Position numbers and translations under genes: made by a program. Source: a virus (lineage: Duplodnaviria > Caudoviricetes). From it: a stretch of 61,823 nt of DNA. Position 1 is the first letter of the stretch, and each line of letters starts with the position of its first letter. The notes below the pieces were generated by a model. That model saw nothing but the letters and a program-made list of their open reading frames with translations. It was not told where the DNA came from and made no database searches. Below are positions 45,988 to 56,199 of this stretch, in pieces. The DNA lies in IMG/VR virus record IMGVR_UViG_3300022928_000025, positions 1 through 61,823 of that record; one strand, given 5' to 3'.

Positions 45988-47787
45988 ATGTTAGTAACTC
46001 TTGATTTCGAGACTTACTTTGACGTCCGTCTATCTTTAACTAAGATGACTACGATGCAGTACATCAACGACCCCGAATTTAAAGTTTGGGGCGCTTCTTT
46101 GAAGTTTGATGACTTACCCGCAGAGTGGTACGGCGAATCAGATATAGAAGAGGCTATCTCTCAGGTCAACTGGGATGAAGCTTCTTTACTGTGCCACAAC
46201 ACAGCATTTGACGGGGCAGTTCTTGCTCAGCATTACGGACACACCCCCAAATACTATCTAGATACGAGCTCAATGGCGCGTGGCATTTATCCTGGACATT
46301 CGTCCTCGTTAAAGAATACAGCCATTAGAGTATTCCCTGATGATGAATCAAAGCGCAAAGGCGATGACTTATCTAAAGCAAAAGGTATCTACGACTTACC
46401 TCCTGAGATTGAAGAGGCTCTGGCTTCGTACTGCGTGCAAGACAGCGAACTTACTTATGCCATCTATCAGGCAATAAAAGACAACCTTCCACAGTCTGAA
46501 ATGGATCTTATCGATCAAACAATACGCATGTTTGTCGAACCAGAATTGATCCTTGACCGTGAGCGTTTAACGATCTACATGGACGGGGAAAAAGCCAACT
46601 CGGAAAAAGCTATATCAGACTCAGGTGTAGCGCGAGAAGTTCTATCCTCAAACGCCAAGTTCTCTCTCTACATAGAAGAGACGCTAGGCTTAACAGTACC
46701 CACTAAGAAGTCCCCTACTACAGGTAAAGACATTCCCGCGCTCGGTAAAAACGACGCAGGCTTTCAACAGCTAGCCAAGATGTACCCGCAGCACAAGCAT
46801 GTATGGGACGCAAGAACAGCAGTCAAGTCTCGTCTTAAGGAGACACGAGCTAAGCGCTTCTTAGACGCAGCTAACCCTGATAATAAGATTGGCATACCAC
46901 TTCGCTACTATGCAGCTCACACAGGACGCTACGGCGGCTCTGACAAACTTAATTTTCAAAATATGCCCAGAGGCTCAGAACTCAGAAAATGCCTTTGTTC
47001 TCCCAAAGGGCATTATATATACGTTGCAGACTTATCAAATATAGAAGCGAGGATGCTTGCATGGTTATCTGGTCAAGATGACTTACTAGAGCAATTCCGA
47101 ACTGGGACTGATGTCTATTCAGCCTTTGCTTCGTCTATCTATGACCGAGAGATAAATAAGGATGATGATCCCACTGAGCGTTTCGTAGGAAAAACCGCTG
47201 TACTCGGCCTTGGCTACGGCATGGGATGGAAGAAATTCCAAAGCACCCTTGCTCTTGGTGCAGCAGGCCCAGTTGTAGAAGTCCAAGACGAGAAAGCGTG
47301 GCAGATCGTTAATGCTTATCGTTCGAAATTCTGGCGCATACCGCATTTATGGTCTGTCTGTAGTCAGTTTTTAATCGATATGCTCTCAGGCTCTGACAAC
47401 GCATACAGTGTTCTTAGAACTGAGAAGAATAAGATCATACTCCCTAACTCAATGTGTCTTTACTACGAAGGGCTAACCAACACTCGCGACGGTTTCCAGT
47501 TCTCTTCCGGTAATAAGACTACTTACACATATGGCGGCAAGATTACAGAAAATGTCGTTCAAGCTCTTAGCAGGATTGTTGTCACAGACGCTCTCCTGCG
47601 CATTTCTAAGATAGCGGACATCAAAGTCTGCCTCACAGTCCACGATGAGATTGTTTGCATAGCTCCTGAAGAAAATCCAGAACAGCGTCTGCAACAAATC
47701 ATCGACACTATGTGCATCGCACCTAGTTGGGCCGAAGACCTTCCCCTCGCCGCCGAGGGCGGCTTCGACAGAGCATACTCTAAATGA
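45988..47787 (+). CDS. polA: DNA polymerase family A with 3'-5' exonuclease
   Basis: ExoI LDFET; HTGRYGG; motif A DLSNIEAR; motif B GKTAVLGLGYG; motif C VHDE. Confidence 0.93.
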   Translation: MLVTLDFETYFDVRLSLTKMTTMQYINDPEFKVWGASLKFDDLPAEWYGESDIEEAISQVNWDEASLLCHNTAFDGAVLAQHYGHTPKYYLDTSSMARGIYPGHSSSLKNTAIRVFPDDESKRKGDDLSKAKGIYDLPPEIEEALASYCVQDSELTYAIYQAIKDNLPQSEMDLIDQTIRMFVEPELILDRERLTIYMDGEKANSEKAISDSGVAREVLSSNAKFSLYIEETLGLTVPTKKSPTTGKDIPALGKNDAGFQQLAKMYPQHKHVWDARTAVKSRLKETRAKRFLDAANPDNKIGIPLRYYAAHTGRYGGSDKLNFQNMPRGSELRKCLCSPKGHYIYVADLSNIEARMLAWLSGQDDLLEQFRTGTDVYSAFASSIYDREINKDDDPTERFVGKTAVLGLGYGMGWKKFQSTLALGAAGPVVEVQDEKAWQIVNAYRSKFWRIPHLWSVCSQFLIDMLSGSDNAYSVLRTEKNKIILPNSMCLYYEGLTNTRDGFQFSSGNKTTYTYGGKITENVVQALSRIVVTDALLRISKIADIKVCLTVHDEIVCIAPEENPEQRLQQIIDTMCIAPSWAEDLPLAAEGGFDRAYSK

Positions 47788-47981
47788 CCAGATTAGTATT
47801 AACGCGAAAGACAGATGAAGAAGTAATTATTTCAGATAACAGCGGAAGTGTTGTCTGTTCTATCACTGTTAATAAAGTAGATAGAGGAAACGTAAGACTG
47901 TGTTTTGAGGCTGACTCAGACCTGCGGATAGATAGGAAGGAAGTTTTTTTATCTAAAAAGAAAAACAACGAATTGGGGTAG
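47784..47981 (+). CDS. csrA: Carbon storage regulator CsrA/RsmA homologue
   Basis: 'LVLTRK..E.VII...ITV..V..GNVRL.FEA...I.RKEV'; ATGA-coupled to polA. Confidence 0.82.
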   Translation: MTRLVLTRKTDEEVIISDNSGSVVCSITVNKVDRGNVRLCFEADSDLRIDRKEVFLSKKKNNELG

Positions 47982-47988
47982 GTGACAT

Positions 47989-50484
47989 ATGCAAGTTACT
48001 TTCCTCGAAGCGTCTAGCTCCACAACTCTTTCGAAGACTATATCGGGTCTGACTACAAAGCCATACCCTTTCGTTAAGAACGTTACGTCTCACAAATACG
48101 ATAACGTTGATATCGCACGCCTATACACTTTAATAGACCACCACGCTAACCTTGGCCATTGTCTATTAAAAGGAAACCCTGCAATTGATCTAGTTGATAG
48201 GAGCCGAGCCGGCAGCGTTCGTCGCCAGGATCTTAATCAGCTTCTAGTACTAGACTTTGACGGCATAAATCATCCTGCTCATATATGTCAGAAGGCATAC
48301 ACGCAAGCAGATGTTATTAGGTTAGCTGAAGTCATAATTAACCAGTTGCCTCCAGCGCTTAAAGAAGTGACCTACATAGCACAAGCCAGCAGTTCATTGG
48401 GTTTTAAGGGTGACAAGCTTAGCTTACATATAATCTTTAAGCTTAACTATGCACTGCCCCCTGCTACACAAAAACTTTGGCTTCAGAATACAAACTTCGA
48501 AACGCCTCTTTTAGCAGACCAGATAGGGCTATCAGTTAACGGACAAAGTCTTACTTGGCCGCTCGACGCTAGTCTTGCTGATAACTCTAAGCTCATATTT
48601 ATAGCGCCTCCCGTGTTTGAGAACGGTGCTGTAGACCCTTTCCCCTCGCCTAGTGAGCGGATAGTGCTAGTCCAAAAAGAGAAGCAAGAGCTCGCTTTAG
48701 ATCAGCTAGTCAATCTCAGCCCTGAAATTGTTCATAACAAATCTATAGAGTTTAAAAACAAACTCCGATCTGATCGTGGCTATAGCCGCCGTAAAGAAAA
48801 AATCTCAACTGTTAATGTAAACAACAGAGCAGAAGAGGTTCTCAGCAATCCCGATCGAATGACTATATCTATTGCTAATCAGACGTATCTACCTTGGGTT
48901 AACTGCAACATAAACTCTGGCAACTCAGCTGCATACTACTTCAGCTTAGAGCGCCCAAGTTATATGTATAACTTCAAAGGTGAACCTATATTCGAAATTG
49001 AAAAAGCTGATCCTGATTTCTTTGCATCAATCCACGAAATATTTGAAGACTATTTCAAAGTAAATGGTAAGACCCTTTTACCCGTAGTCCTACGAGACTT
49101 TGATACCGACACCTATTTCAACGGGTTGTTTGATCCTAATAAATCACAGTTTGATGACACCTTCCCTTTAAGCCCTAGTTCACAGACTGGCATGGAAAGT
49201 TTCATGGCTACTCATGGTGCTTTGCCGCCTGACCAAGTTATGGATGCCAAGATATATTTTAATCCTACTGAGAAGGTGCCTACGGTTGACCTTAAACAGT
49301 TGCCCATGAAGATTAATCTCTATCGCAGAACTGAGTACATGATGCACCCAGCTCCTGTCGACTCAAGGCTTACTTTCGGTGATGCAATTAATCTTAAGGA
49401 CAAGACCCCTTTAATATACAAACTCCTCCATCACGTACTTGGTAATGGTGATCAAGAGTTCGAACGTTTCATTAACTGGCTTGCTTATGTCTTTCAGACT
49501 AGAGAGAAGACAGGTACGGCGTGGGTTTTCACTGGGGTCCAAGGCACAGGTAAAGGCATATTTTATAGCCACATACTTCGACCTCTCTTCGGGTCACACC
49601 ACGTCCCAATGAAATCTATCCAATCTATAGAAGAGCAGTTCAATAGTTATATGCGTCAAGCAATCTTCATGATTGTGGATGAGTTCCACATGGCCAGCGC
49701 TACCCAAGGCACAATGAAGATGGCAGATAAACTCAAAAATCAGATCACTGAACCTACTCAGACAATCAGGGCTATGCGATCAAATCAGATTGAAGTGCCC
49801 TCCTACACTAACTTTATCTTTCTTACTAACCGAGCAGATGCAGTAAAGATCGAAGAGACAGACAGGCGCTACAACATTGGCCCTCGCCAAGAAGTCACAC
49901 TCCTCGAGGCACACCCAGAAGTTATAGATAACTTAGACAAAATTGAATCAGAGTTGCCCTTGTTTGCCGGTTATCTGGCAACTTTTAAAGTGAGCAATCG
50001 ATTAGTTAAGACTCCTATTATTAATGAAGCTAAAGAGCTTATGCGACAGGTTTCCTTAACTGATATTGAAGAGTTCTTCCAAGCCTTTAGGCAAGGCGAC
50101 TTACCATACTTTACTGATGTATTAGACATCGATGTCACTGACGTAATGAAAGCCGGTGAGCATATGACAGCTAAGCGAACAATCAAATATTGGATAGCAC
50201 AATCTAAAGACCCCTACTGCATTATCAGTTATGACTCTATGCAAATTATCTACAACACCTTAGTAGCTACTCACACGACCAGAATGAGCCCTTTACAATT
50301 TAAAAAAATGGCTATGAAGAATGGCCTTACATCTTCACGCAAACGCCCACATGGCGCCCCTCGAGAAGTAAACCCTATAAGAGGAGTCGAAATTCATTGG
50401 CGCCTTTCTGAACTCGTTCGGCAAGAACTTATAGCACGTTACTTTACTGAGCAAACGGATAAAAGATTATTGGAGCCCGCATGA
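47989..50484 (+). CDS. Primase/SF3 helicase (DUF5906-like)
   Basis: N-terminal LDFD...SSS...LH prim-pol-like motifs; Walker A GVQGTGKG; Walker B IVDE; TN; DRRY. Confidence 0.85.
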   Translation: MQVTFLEASSSTTLSKTISGLTTKPYPFVKNVTSHKYDNVDIARLYTLIDHHANLGHCLLKGNPAIDLVDRSRAGSVRRQDLNQLLVLDFDGINHPAHICQKAYTQADVIRLAEVIINQLPPALKEVTYIAQASSSLGFKGDKLSLHIIFKLNYALPPATQKLWLQNTNFETPLLADQIGLSVNGQSLTWPLDASLADNSKLIFIAPPVFENGAVDPFPSPSERIVLVQKEKQELALDQLVNLSPEIVHNKSIEFKNKLRSDRGYSRRKEKISTVNVNNRAEEVLSNPDRMTISIANQTYLPWVNCNINSGNSAAYYFSLERPSYMYNFKGEPIFEIEKADPDFFASIHEIFEDYFKVNGKTLLPVVLRDFDTDTYFNGLFDPNKSQFDDTFPLSPSSQTGMESFMATHGALPPDQVMDAKIYFNPTEKVPTVDLKQLPMKINLYRRTEYMMHPAPVDSRLTFGDAINLKDKTPLIYKLLHHVLGNGDQEFERFINWLAYVFQTREKTGTAWVFTGVQGTGKGIFYSHILRPLFGSHHVPMKSIQSIEEQFNSYMRQAIFMIVDEFHMASATQGTMKMADKLKNQITEPTQTIRAMRSNQIEVPSYTNFIFLTNRADAVKIEETDRRYNIGPRQEVTLLEAHPEVIDNLDKIESELPLFAGYLATFKVSNRLVKTPIINEAKELMRQVSLTDIEEFFQAFRQGDLPYFTDVLDIDVTDVMKAGEHMTAKRTIKYWIAQSKDPYCIISYDSMQIIYNTLVATHTTRMSPLQFKKMAMKNGLTSSRKRPHGAPREVNPIRGVEIHWRLSELVRQELIARYFTEQTDKRLLEPA

Positions 50485-51233
50485 AAATTGAATTTGGCAC
50501 TGAGCCATTGAAAGACTACATCGAAGAAGCACCAGACTTAGGTGACATTCGTGCGTGGTCCTACTCCTCTCTCAAGACTTTCGAGCAATGTCCATATCGT
50601 GTGTATATACAGAAAGTTAAAAAGATATCAGAAGATAGCGGTCCAGCAGCCGAAAGAGGCACGCAGATACACCAGCAAGCTGAGGATTATGTTAACGGCA
50701 CGCTTGGTGAATTCCCAGACACCCTTGCTAAATTTAAAACTCAATTTGAACAGCTTCGTGAGTTGTTTATCGAAGCCAAAGTAGAGCTCGAAGGTGAATG
50801 GGGATTTACTCTCGACTGGGCACCTACTGGCTGGCTCGTTGGCGACACATGGGCACGCATCAAGCTCGATGCTTTGGTTAATGAAGATGAAACCTCAGCC
50901 CGAGTGATTGACTACAAGACAGGCAAGAAGTGGGGCAACGAGATACCTCACGGCCAGCAAGCTCTGCTGTATGCCATCGCAACATTCTTACGATACCCAC
51001 ACCTCGAGCATGCACGAACCGAGCTGTGGTATCTCGATAAAGGCGAGACAACTATCAAAGATTTCTCTCGCAACGACGCGTTAGCTTTCCTACCAGGAAT
51101 TTATAAACGCGCCATCACCATGACTACCGCCAAAGACTTTCCTCCTAAACCAAGTGAAAGTGCCTGTCGCTGGTGTAGTTATAAAAATCCAACTGAAGAT
51201 GAGCCTGCTCCGTGCAGGTGGGGGGTAGCATGA
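50481..51233 (+). CDS. PD-(D/E)XK exonuclease (Cas4/RecB-like)
   Basis: 'WSYSS...F.QCP', 'RGT.IH', 'KLDA...IDYKTG', 'Q..LY', 'CRWC'. Confidence 0.85.
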   Translation: MKIEFGTEPLKDYIEEAPDLGDIRAWSYSSLKTFEQCPYRVYIQKVKKISEDSGPAAERGTQIHQQAEDYVNGTLGEFPDTLAKFKTQFEQLRELFIEAKVELEGEWGFTLDWAPTGWLVGDTWARIKLDALVNEDETSARVIDYKTGKKWGNEIPHGQQALLYAIATFLRYPHLEHARTELWYLDKGETTIKDFSRNDALAFLPGIYKRAITMTTAKDFPPKPSESACRWCSYKNPTEDEPAPCRWGVA

Positions 51234-51583
51234 TCGAAGATCCAGTATTAGCAGCAGAAGCACGTCACGATTACATGCAGTCAGAGTGGGAAAAACACTG
51301 GGACTCGTATGAAGCAACTCACGAGTACAAAGAACATTTGCAAGCTGAATTCGAAAATCTCGTCAGAGATCCTGATAATTTTTGGGAAGCTTGGGGTTAT
51401 GACGGGTTTTCTGCTTATGCCCCTGCAGACAGAATCACAAAAATAGAAGCTGATTTAATGACTGCAGTAATTGCTCAGGACTATGACTATTTAGGCCGCT
51501 TCATTTCATCTCAGTTCACACACTACTTCACGTCAACCGCAGAGGACAAAGTTAGGGAAAATTATGACCATACCACTCATTAA
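51230..51583 (+). CDS. Hypothetical protein
   Basis: ATGA-coupled to the nuclease gene. Confidence 0.6.
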   Translation: MIEDPVLAAEARHDYMQSEWEKHWDSYEATHEYKEHLQAEFENLVRDPDNFWEAWGYDGFSAYAPADRITKIEADLMTAVIAQDYDYLGRFISSQFTHYFTSTAEDKVRENYDHTTH

Positions 51584-51725
51584 AAAAATTCAATTATCAA
51601 TTATCTCCTTATTATTTATAGCCATTGGGCTTTCATTATTTAGCCACGCAGTAAGCCTTGCATTCATAGGCTTGCTTGCGTTCGGCCTAATATTTCTTGC
51701 GACACAAATCATTCGGAGTGATTGA
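51564..51725 (+). CDS. 53-aa two-TM membrane protein (not in ORF track)
   Basis: MTIPLIKKIQLSIISLLFIAIGLSLFSHAVSLAFIGLLAFGLIFLATQIIRSD. Confidence 0.5.
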   Translation: MTIPLIKKIQLSIISLLFIAIGLSLFSHAVSLAFIGLLAFGLIFLATQIIRSD

Positions 51726-51812
51726 TGACCCAGTTAATCTTGCGCGTAATTAACGTTATCGAAGTCTTATCTATTTATTACGCTATCAAACACAAACGTC
51801 AAGGAGACCGCA

Positions 51813-52076
51813 ATGCTACTGAACAACAACAACATCAAGCGGATACATGTCAACCAGCACAACATCCGCAGCAACCTCAAGAACAATCACAACCTACCAC
51901 CACTGACTGTTAAAACTTCTAAATCAAACATTATCTGCCATGACGTTGTTATTCATGGCTCATCTCGTGTCGTGTACTCACCTGATAAACCCTTGTCATG
52001 TGGCGCGCGAGTATGGATAGAAACACACTCACCCATTGAAACCACGGAGGATCAACCATGTTCATTACAGGTTTAA
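51813..52076 (+). CDS. Conserved hypothetical phage protein
   Basis: 'IHVNQH.IR.N...VY.PDKPLSCGARVWIET'. Confidence 0.7.
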   Translation: MLLNNNNIKRIHVNQHNIRSNLKNNHNLPPLTVKTSKSNIICHDVVIHGSSRVVYSPDKPLSCGARVWIETHSPIETTEDQPCSLQV

Positions 52077-52348
52077 TTGCCGCCCTCGGCATGCTTTTTC
52101 TTATTTTCAAGTTCGGTATTCGTAAAGTTATTTCTTACGACATCTTCTTTGACATAGCTATCACCGGCTTTTTGCTCTGGTCTTTCGCCGGCACATACTC
52201 TGGCATGATGGCAGCTATGTTCGGCGGCATGCTTGTGTCAATCGTGTTGTTTGTTATGAAACGCACTATGACTCACGAGCGCCTTGGCTTTTCAAAGCGC
52301 CTTAAGTTCCCTTACTTCAGTTTCGGATGGCAGGAGATTCAGCCGTAG
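52058..52348 (+). CDS. Membrane protein
   Basis: Three hydrophobic segments; 'GTYSGMMAA'. Confidence 0.7.
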   Translation: MFITGLIAALGMLFLIFKFGIRKVISYDIFFDIAITGFLLWSFAGTYSGMMAAMFGGMLVSIVLFVMKRTMTHERLGFSKRLKFPYFSFGWQEIQP

Positions 52349-52528
52349 TGCCTAAACGTCACCCTCAAATGTTTTTTACTTACCAAGACATTACCTATCG
52401 CTACGAGCTTCATACAGATCCGCCCGAAGCGATGTATTGGTCTACTTATCGAATCAAACCTAGCCAACTTAAAATCTTTGACGCCAATGGAAAGCAAGTG
52501 TTTGGCGAAGCCAAGGAGCAATTATTGA

Positions 52529-53260
52529 ATGACATTGACAGCGAGCGACCTAATAACAACTGACCGAACCCACCGTACTAGATACCTTAAATCTATATCA
52601 GCGCCTGACGAAAATATGCTCAAGCCTGCTTCTCACAATAAAAAACTCGGCGGCAAAGTAGCCATTAAAAAATGGCAGCACATGCCAATGTATGCTTTGA
52701 CCCTCGAAGAGCGGCACAGTTGCACTACATCGTGTGCGCAATACACTATCTGCTACGGTAACAACATGCCGTTTGCCAAGCGCCACGATCATACTGACCC
52801 CGCTTTCTTCAAGAAACTCGCTCAAAGCATACAAGCTGTTGCTTCCCAGAAGAAAAATGCAGACGGTTTTGTAGTACGGCTGCACGTACTTGGCGACTTC
52901 TTTAGTGAAAAGTATGTATCAGCTTGGCAATTGGCACTTATCAAGCATCAAGGGTTACGTGTCTTTGGGTATACACACCATCGGCACGACTCCCCTATCG
53001 GTAAGCGCCTTGCAGGACTAAATCAACTCTACCCAGACCGTTTCCAAATTCGTTTTAGCGACGACATGGGCACTCAATTCAGGGCGCGAGTAATACAAGG
53101 CACTTATGACAAGTCACTTAAACACTTTATCAATTACGACAAACAAGAGGTACAGAACGATGAACTCGTTTGCCCAGAACAACTTGGTAAGACAAGCGGC
53201 TGTTCAACCTGCGGCTATTGCTGGTCAAGCTCAAAACCAGTCATTTTTCTTGCCCACTAG
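52529..53260 (+). CDS. GP88-like (radical-SAM-related) protein
   Basis: 'N.KLG', C-x3-C-x5-CY, 'RLHVLGDF', 'GYT', C-terminal CP...C..C..CW. Confidence 0.65.
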   Translation: MTLTASDLITTDRTHRTRYLKSISAPDENMLKPASHNKKLGGKVAIKKWQHMPMYALTLEERHSCTTSCAQYTICYGNNMPFAKRHDHTDPAFFKKLAQSIQAVASQKKNADGFVVRLHVLGDFFSEKYVSAWQLALIKHQGLRVFGYTHHRHDSPIGKRLAGLNQLYPDRFQIRFSDDMGTQFRARVIQGTYDKSLKHFINYDKQEVQNDELVCPEQLGKTSGCSTCGYCWSSSKPVIFLAH

Positions 53261-53278
53261 TATTAGTAATGCTAATAT
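53250..53278 (+). promoter_or_regulatory. Operator/promoter TTGCCC-17-TAATAT with palindrome TATTAG-TAATG-CTAATA
   Basis: Upstream of the helicase-to-repressor gene block. Confidence 0.75.
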
Positions 53279-53303
53279 TATGGTCCGAAAAGATGGATCT
53301 GGT

Positions 53304-54650
53304 ATGGAAGCATTCGCGCATCAAACAAAGACTACAGAGCACATACTCGCTCATCCCCGTAGTCTCATCACATCTGACCCAGGAACTGGCAAAACCAGAT
53401 CCGTTATCGATGCTTTTGCTGTACGCGGCGGTAAGATGTTAGTTCTTGCCCCGCTTTCTATATTGCAAGCTAGCTGGGGAGACGACATTGATAAATTCTC
53501 TCCAAGCCTATCTTACTCAATAGCCTATGCCAAAAATCGTGACAAAGCGTTTAACTCTGACGCTCAGGTTGTTATTACTAATCACGACGCGGTTAAGTGG
53601 CTCCTTAAGAACAAGCAGCTGCTATCTAGTTTTGACACCATTTGCATCGACGAGTTTACAGCCTTTAAGAACAAAGACTCTCAGCGCAGCAAAGCCCTAG
53701 CAAAGCTTATACAAACCTTTAACTTCCGCGTTGCTATGTCCGGTACGCCAAACAGCAACACTATACTGGACATTTGGCACCCAACATTCCTAATGGACGA
53801 TGGCGAGCGATTGGGTAGACGCTTTTATTCGTTTCGTTCACACGTCTGTACCTCTCGCTTCAATGGTTTTGCAAATGAGTGGGTCGACAAGGAAGACTCT
53901 GAAGAAATAGTCGCTGCTGCACTTAGCGACATTAACATTCGCTACTCTCTTGAAGACTGTATCGATATGCCACCTCAGAGTTTCCATACCATGCACACTG
54001 AGCTGCCTCCGCAAATCAGGCAGGCTTACGAAACACTTGCCCAAGACAACGTGTTGTACACCGGTGCAGCAACAATCAATGCCGTTAACGCCGGCGCCAA
54101 AGTCAAAAAGCTTTTACAGCTGTGTACTGGCGCTATCTATGACGAGAACGGTGAGTCACAGAAAATACACACAGAGCGTTATGAGTTAGTCATTGATCTA
54201 GTCGAGGCTAGGAAGCAGTCGTTAGTTGCCTTCAACTGGAAACATGAGCGCAAGGCACTTACCGAGTTAGCTGACAAACGCAAAATTAAATACGCAGTTA
54301 TCGACGGCGACACACCCGCCCACAAACGTGGAGATATAGTAGACAGGTTACAAGCCGGTCAGCTGCAAGTCGTCTTTGCCCACCCACAGTCTGCCGGCCA
54401 CGGTCTCACAATGACCAAAGCGACAGCAGTAATCTGGGCTTCACCTACTTACAACGCAGAACATTACCAACAATTTAATCGACGCATCTATCGCGCCGGA
54501 CAGACTAAGAAGACAGAAGTAATTCACATAGCCGCCAAGGATACGTGGGAACCCGACGTCTACGACAAGCTGTCTCACAAAGTAAGCAAGATGGATGACC
54601 TATTACTTATCTTAAACAAACTCCATAAGGACGGACCAAATGACCATTAA
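53304..54650 (+). CDS. SNF2-like (SF2) helicase
   Basis: HQ Q-motif, DPGTGKT, IDE, SGTP, GHGLT, QFNRRIYRAGQ; start moved to MEAFAHQ. Confidence 0.9.
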   Translation: MEAFAHQTKTTEHILAHPRSLITSDPGTGKTRSVIDAFAVRGGKMLVLAPLSILQASWGDDIDKFSPSLSYSIAYAKNRDKAFNSDAQVVITNHDAVKWLLKNKQLLSSFDTICIDEFTAFKNKDSQRSKALAKLIQTFNFRVAMSGTPNSNTILDIWHPTFLMDDGERLGRRFYSFRSHVCTSRFNGFANEWVDKEDSEEIVAAALSDINIRYSLEDCIDMPPQSFHTMHTELPPQIRQAYETLAQDNVLYTGAATINAVNAGAKVKKLLQLCTGAIYDENGESQKIHTERYELVIDLVEARKQSLVAFNWKHERKALTELADKRKIKYAVIDGDTPAHKRGDIVDRLQAGQLQVVFAHPQSAGHGLTMTKATAVIWASPTYNAEHYQQFNRRIYRAGQTKKTEVIHIAAKDTWEPDVYDKLSHKVSKMDDLLLILNKLHKDGPNDH

Positions 54651-55005
54651 TGACTTAATCAATGCACGCTTAGATATTCGCCACAAACTCGCAGATCTTT
54701 CTAAGCAAGAAAAAGCACTCAAAGCTGAACAATCTGAATTAGATTGGCAGCTTATGACCAAATTGGACGATCAGGGCTTGTCACGCACGGCTAACGACAC
54801 AGCCACGATCTCCATAAGTGAAGAAGTTGTACCTGAAGTACAAGACTGGGATGAGTTGTATAAGTACATAACATCTACAGGCGACTTCTCGCTTGTGCAG
54901 CGGCGCATGTCGTCAACTGCATACAGAGAATTGAGGGGCCAAGGGGACAATGTTCCAGGCGTAGCAGATAGGACCATCCGAAAACTCAATGTTAGAGCAC
55001 TTTAA
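54640..55005 (+). CDS. Conserved phage coiled-coil protein
   Basis: 'V.DWD..Y.YI......LVQRR.S..AYRE......VPGV'. Confidence 0.7.
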   Translation: MTINDLINARLDIRHKLADLSKQEKALKAEQSELDWQLMTKLDDQGLSRTANDTATISISEEVVPEVQDWDELYKYITSTGDFSLVQRRMSSTAYRELRGQGDNVPGVADRTIRKLNVRAL

Positions 55006-55026
55006 TCAATTATTAGGTAATCAATT

Positions 55027-55731
55027 ATGACAGCTAAAACCACAGAAGTAGCAACAACAAAGCCAGCACCTTCATTCCTCGCAGCGACCAACGCTACACC
55101 TGACTTTCTAAAAGAAACTGGGCGCGGTAACGAAAACGTTGGCGACAACATTGAAATACCACGCATTAAACTTCTTCAGAAGATGAACGACGAGGTCGAC
55201 AAGCACCACTCTAATTACATCGAAGGCGCTCAACCAGGACAGTTCTTAAATGTTTTATCTAAAGAATTGCATGACGAGATCTATGTTATCTCAGTTAACT
55301 TCCGCGTTGAGTATGTCATCTGGCGAAAGCGTGAAGCAGGCGGCGGTAAGCAGGGAACATTTGACTCTCGACAAGAAGCACTTAACTGGATTTCAGAGCA
55401 GCCTGAGAAAGACCAAGCTACCTTTGACTTGTCAGAGAACCATCAACACTTGTTGCTGTGTTATGACGAAGTGACAGGATCTTTACGCAACACGCCATGC
55501 ATTATGGACTTCTCAGGCTCTAAGCTTCGCGTATCGAAGAACTGGAACTCTAAGATCCTCGAGCGCGGCGGCGACCGTTTCAGCACGATATGGAAGTTTA
55601 AACCGCAGATCCAGTCAAATGACAAGGGTTCATGGGTTAATATTGCCGCTGACTACATGGGTTTTGTTGCTAACGAAAATGATTATAAGCAAGCAGAAGA
55701 GCTGTATCTAAGCACCAATAATACTCACTAA
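55027..55731 (+). CDS. Putative single-stranded DNA-binding protein
   Basis: 'G.ENV...IPRIKLLQ', 'EY..W', 'SK.WNS', 'N.KG.W'; replication context. Confidence 0.6.
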   Translation: MTAKTTEVATTKPAPSFLAATNATPDFLKETGRGNENVGDNIEIPRIKLLQKMNDEVDKHHSNYIEGAQPGQFLNVLSKELHDEIYVISVNFRVEYVIWRKREAGGGKQGTFDSRQEALNWISEQPEKDQATFDLSENHQHLLLCYDEVTGSLRNTPCIMDFSGSKLRVSKNWNSKILERGGDRFSTIWKFKPQIQSNDKGSWVNIAADYMGFVANENDYKQAEELYLSTNNTH

Positions 55732-55753
55732 TTACACAAACTGCTGCTAATTA

Positions 55754-56143
55754 ATGAACGAGCATAGCTTCATCAAAGCTATTCATAAGAGTCTTCCAGC
55801 TGAAGTTTATCGCTGGAAGATTCATGACACTTTTACCGGAGGGGTCCCAGATACCCTGTATGCTGGCCCTTCGGGTATTCTGTTTGTAGAATATAAGTGG
55901 CTGAAATCATTACCTAAAAAAGAAAATACCCCGATTAATCTGGGGCTATCTCAACTCCAAATCAATTGGCTAGATAAGTTTCACTCCTATAGTCAAAACG
56001 TAGCAGTAGCCGTAGGGTACTCAGATGGCGTCTTATTATTCACTAATAAAGATTGGACAAAGGATATTAACGTAGCTAATATCCAAAAATATAGCCTTTC
56101 ACGTAAAGACTATATAAGTTTCATAATTAACACTACGCAGTAA
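55754..56143 (+). CDS. VRR-NUC / Holliday-junction-resolvase-like nuclease
   Basis: 'MNE', 'GVPD', 'FVEYK', 'LSQLQ..W'. Confidence 0.8.
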   Translation: MNEHSFIKAIHKSLPAEVYRWKIHDTFTGGVPDTLYAGPSGILFVEYKWLKSLPKKENTPINLGLSQLQINWLDKFHSYSQNVAVAVGYSDGVLLFTNKDWTKDINVANIQKYSLSRKDYISFIINTTQ

Positions 56144-56194
56144 GGATTACTGCAACTACCCAACTACGCAGTAAGGATTACTGCAGCAACGGAG
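56132..56194 (+). promoter_or_regulatory. Two identical GGA-loop hairpins plus ACGGA RBS: candidate CsrA-binding leader
   Basis: ACTACGCAGTAAGGATTACTGCA at 56132-56154 and 56163-56185, each folding as GCAGTA-AGGAT-TACTGC. Confidence 0.7.
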
Positions 56195-56199
56195 CATGT

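Noticed and set aside
50481-51233. CRISPR-associated cas4
   Set aside because: A standalone phage PD-(D/E)XK nuclease in a replication module; no cas1, cas2 or array.
53106-53303. N-terminal extension of the helicase in the ORF track
   Set aside because: It overlaps the previous gene and an operator/promoter; the real start is probably ATG 53304.
56132-56185. Mini-CRISPR array (palindromic 23-bp repeat x2)
   Set aside because: The spacer is only 8 bp and there is no cas operon; GGA-loop hairpins in a leader explain it better.
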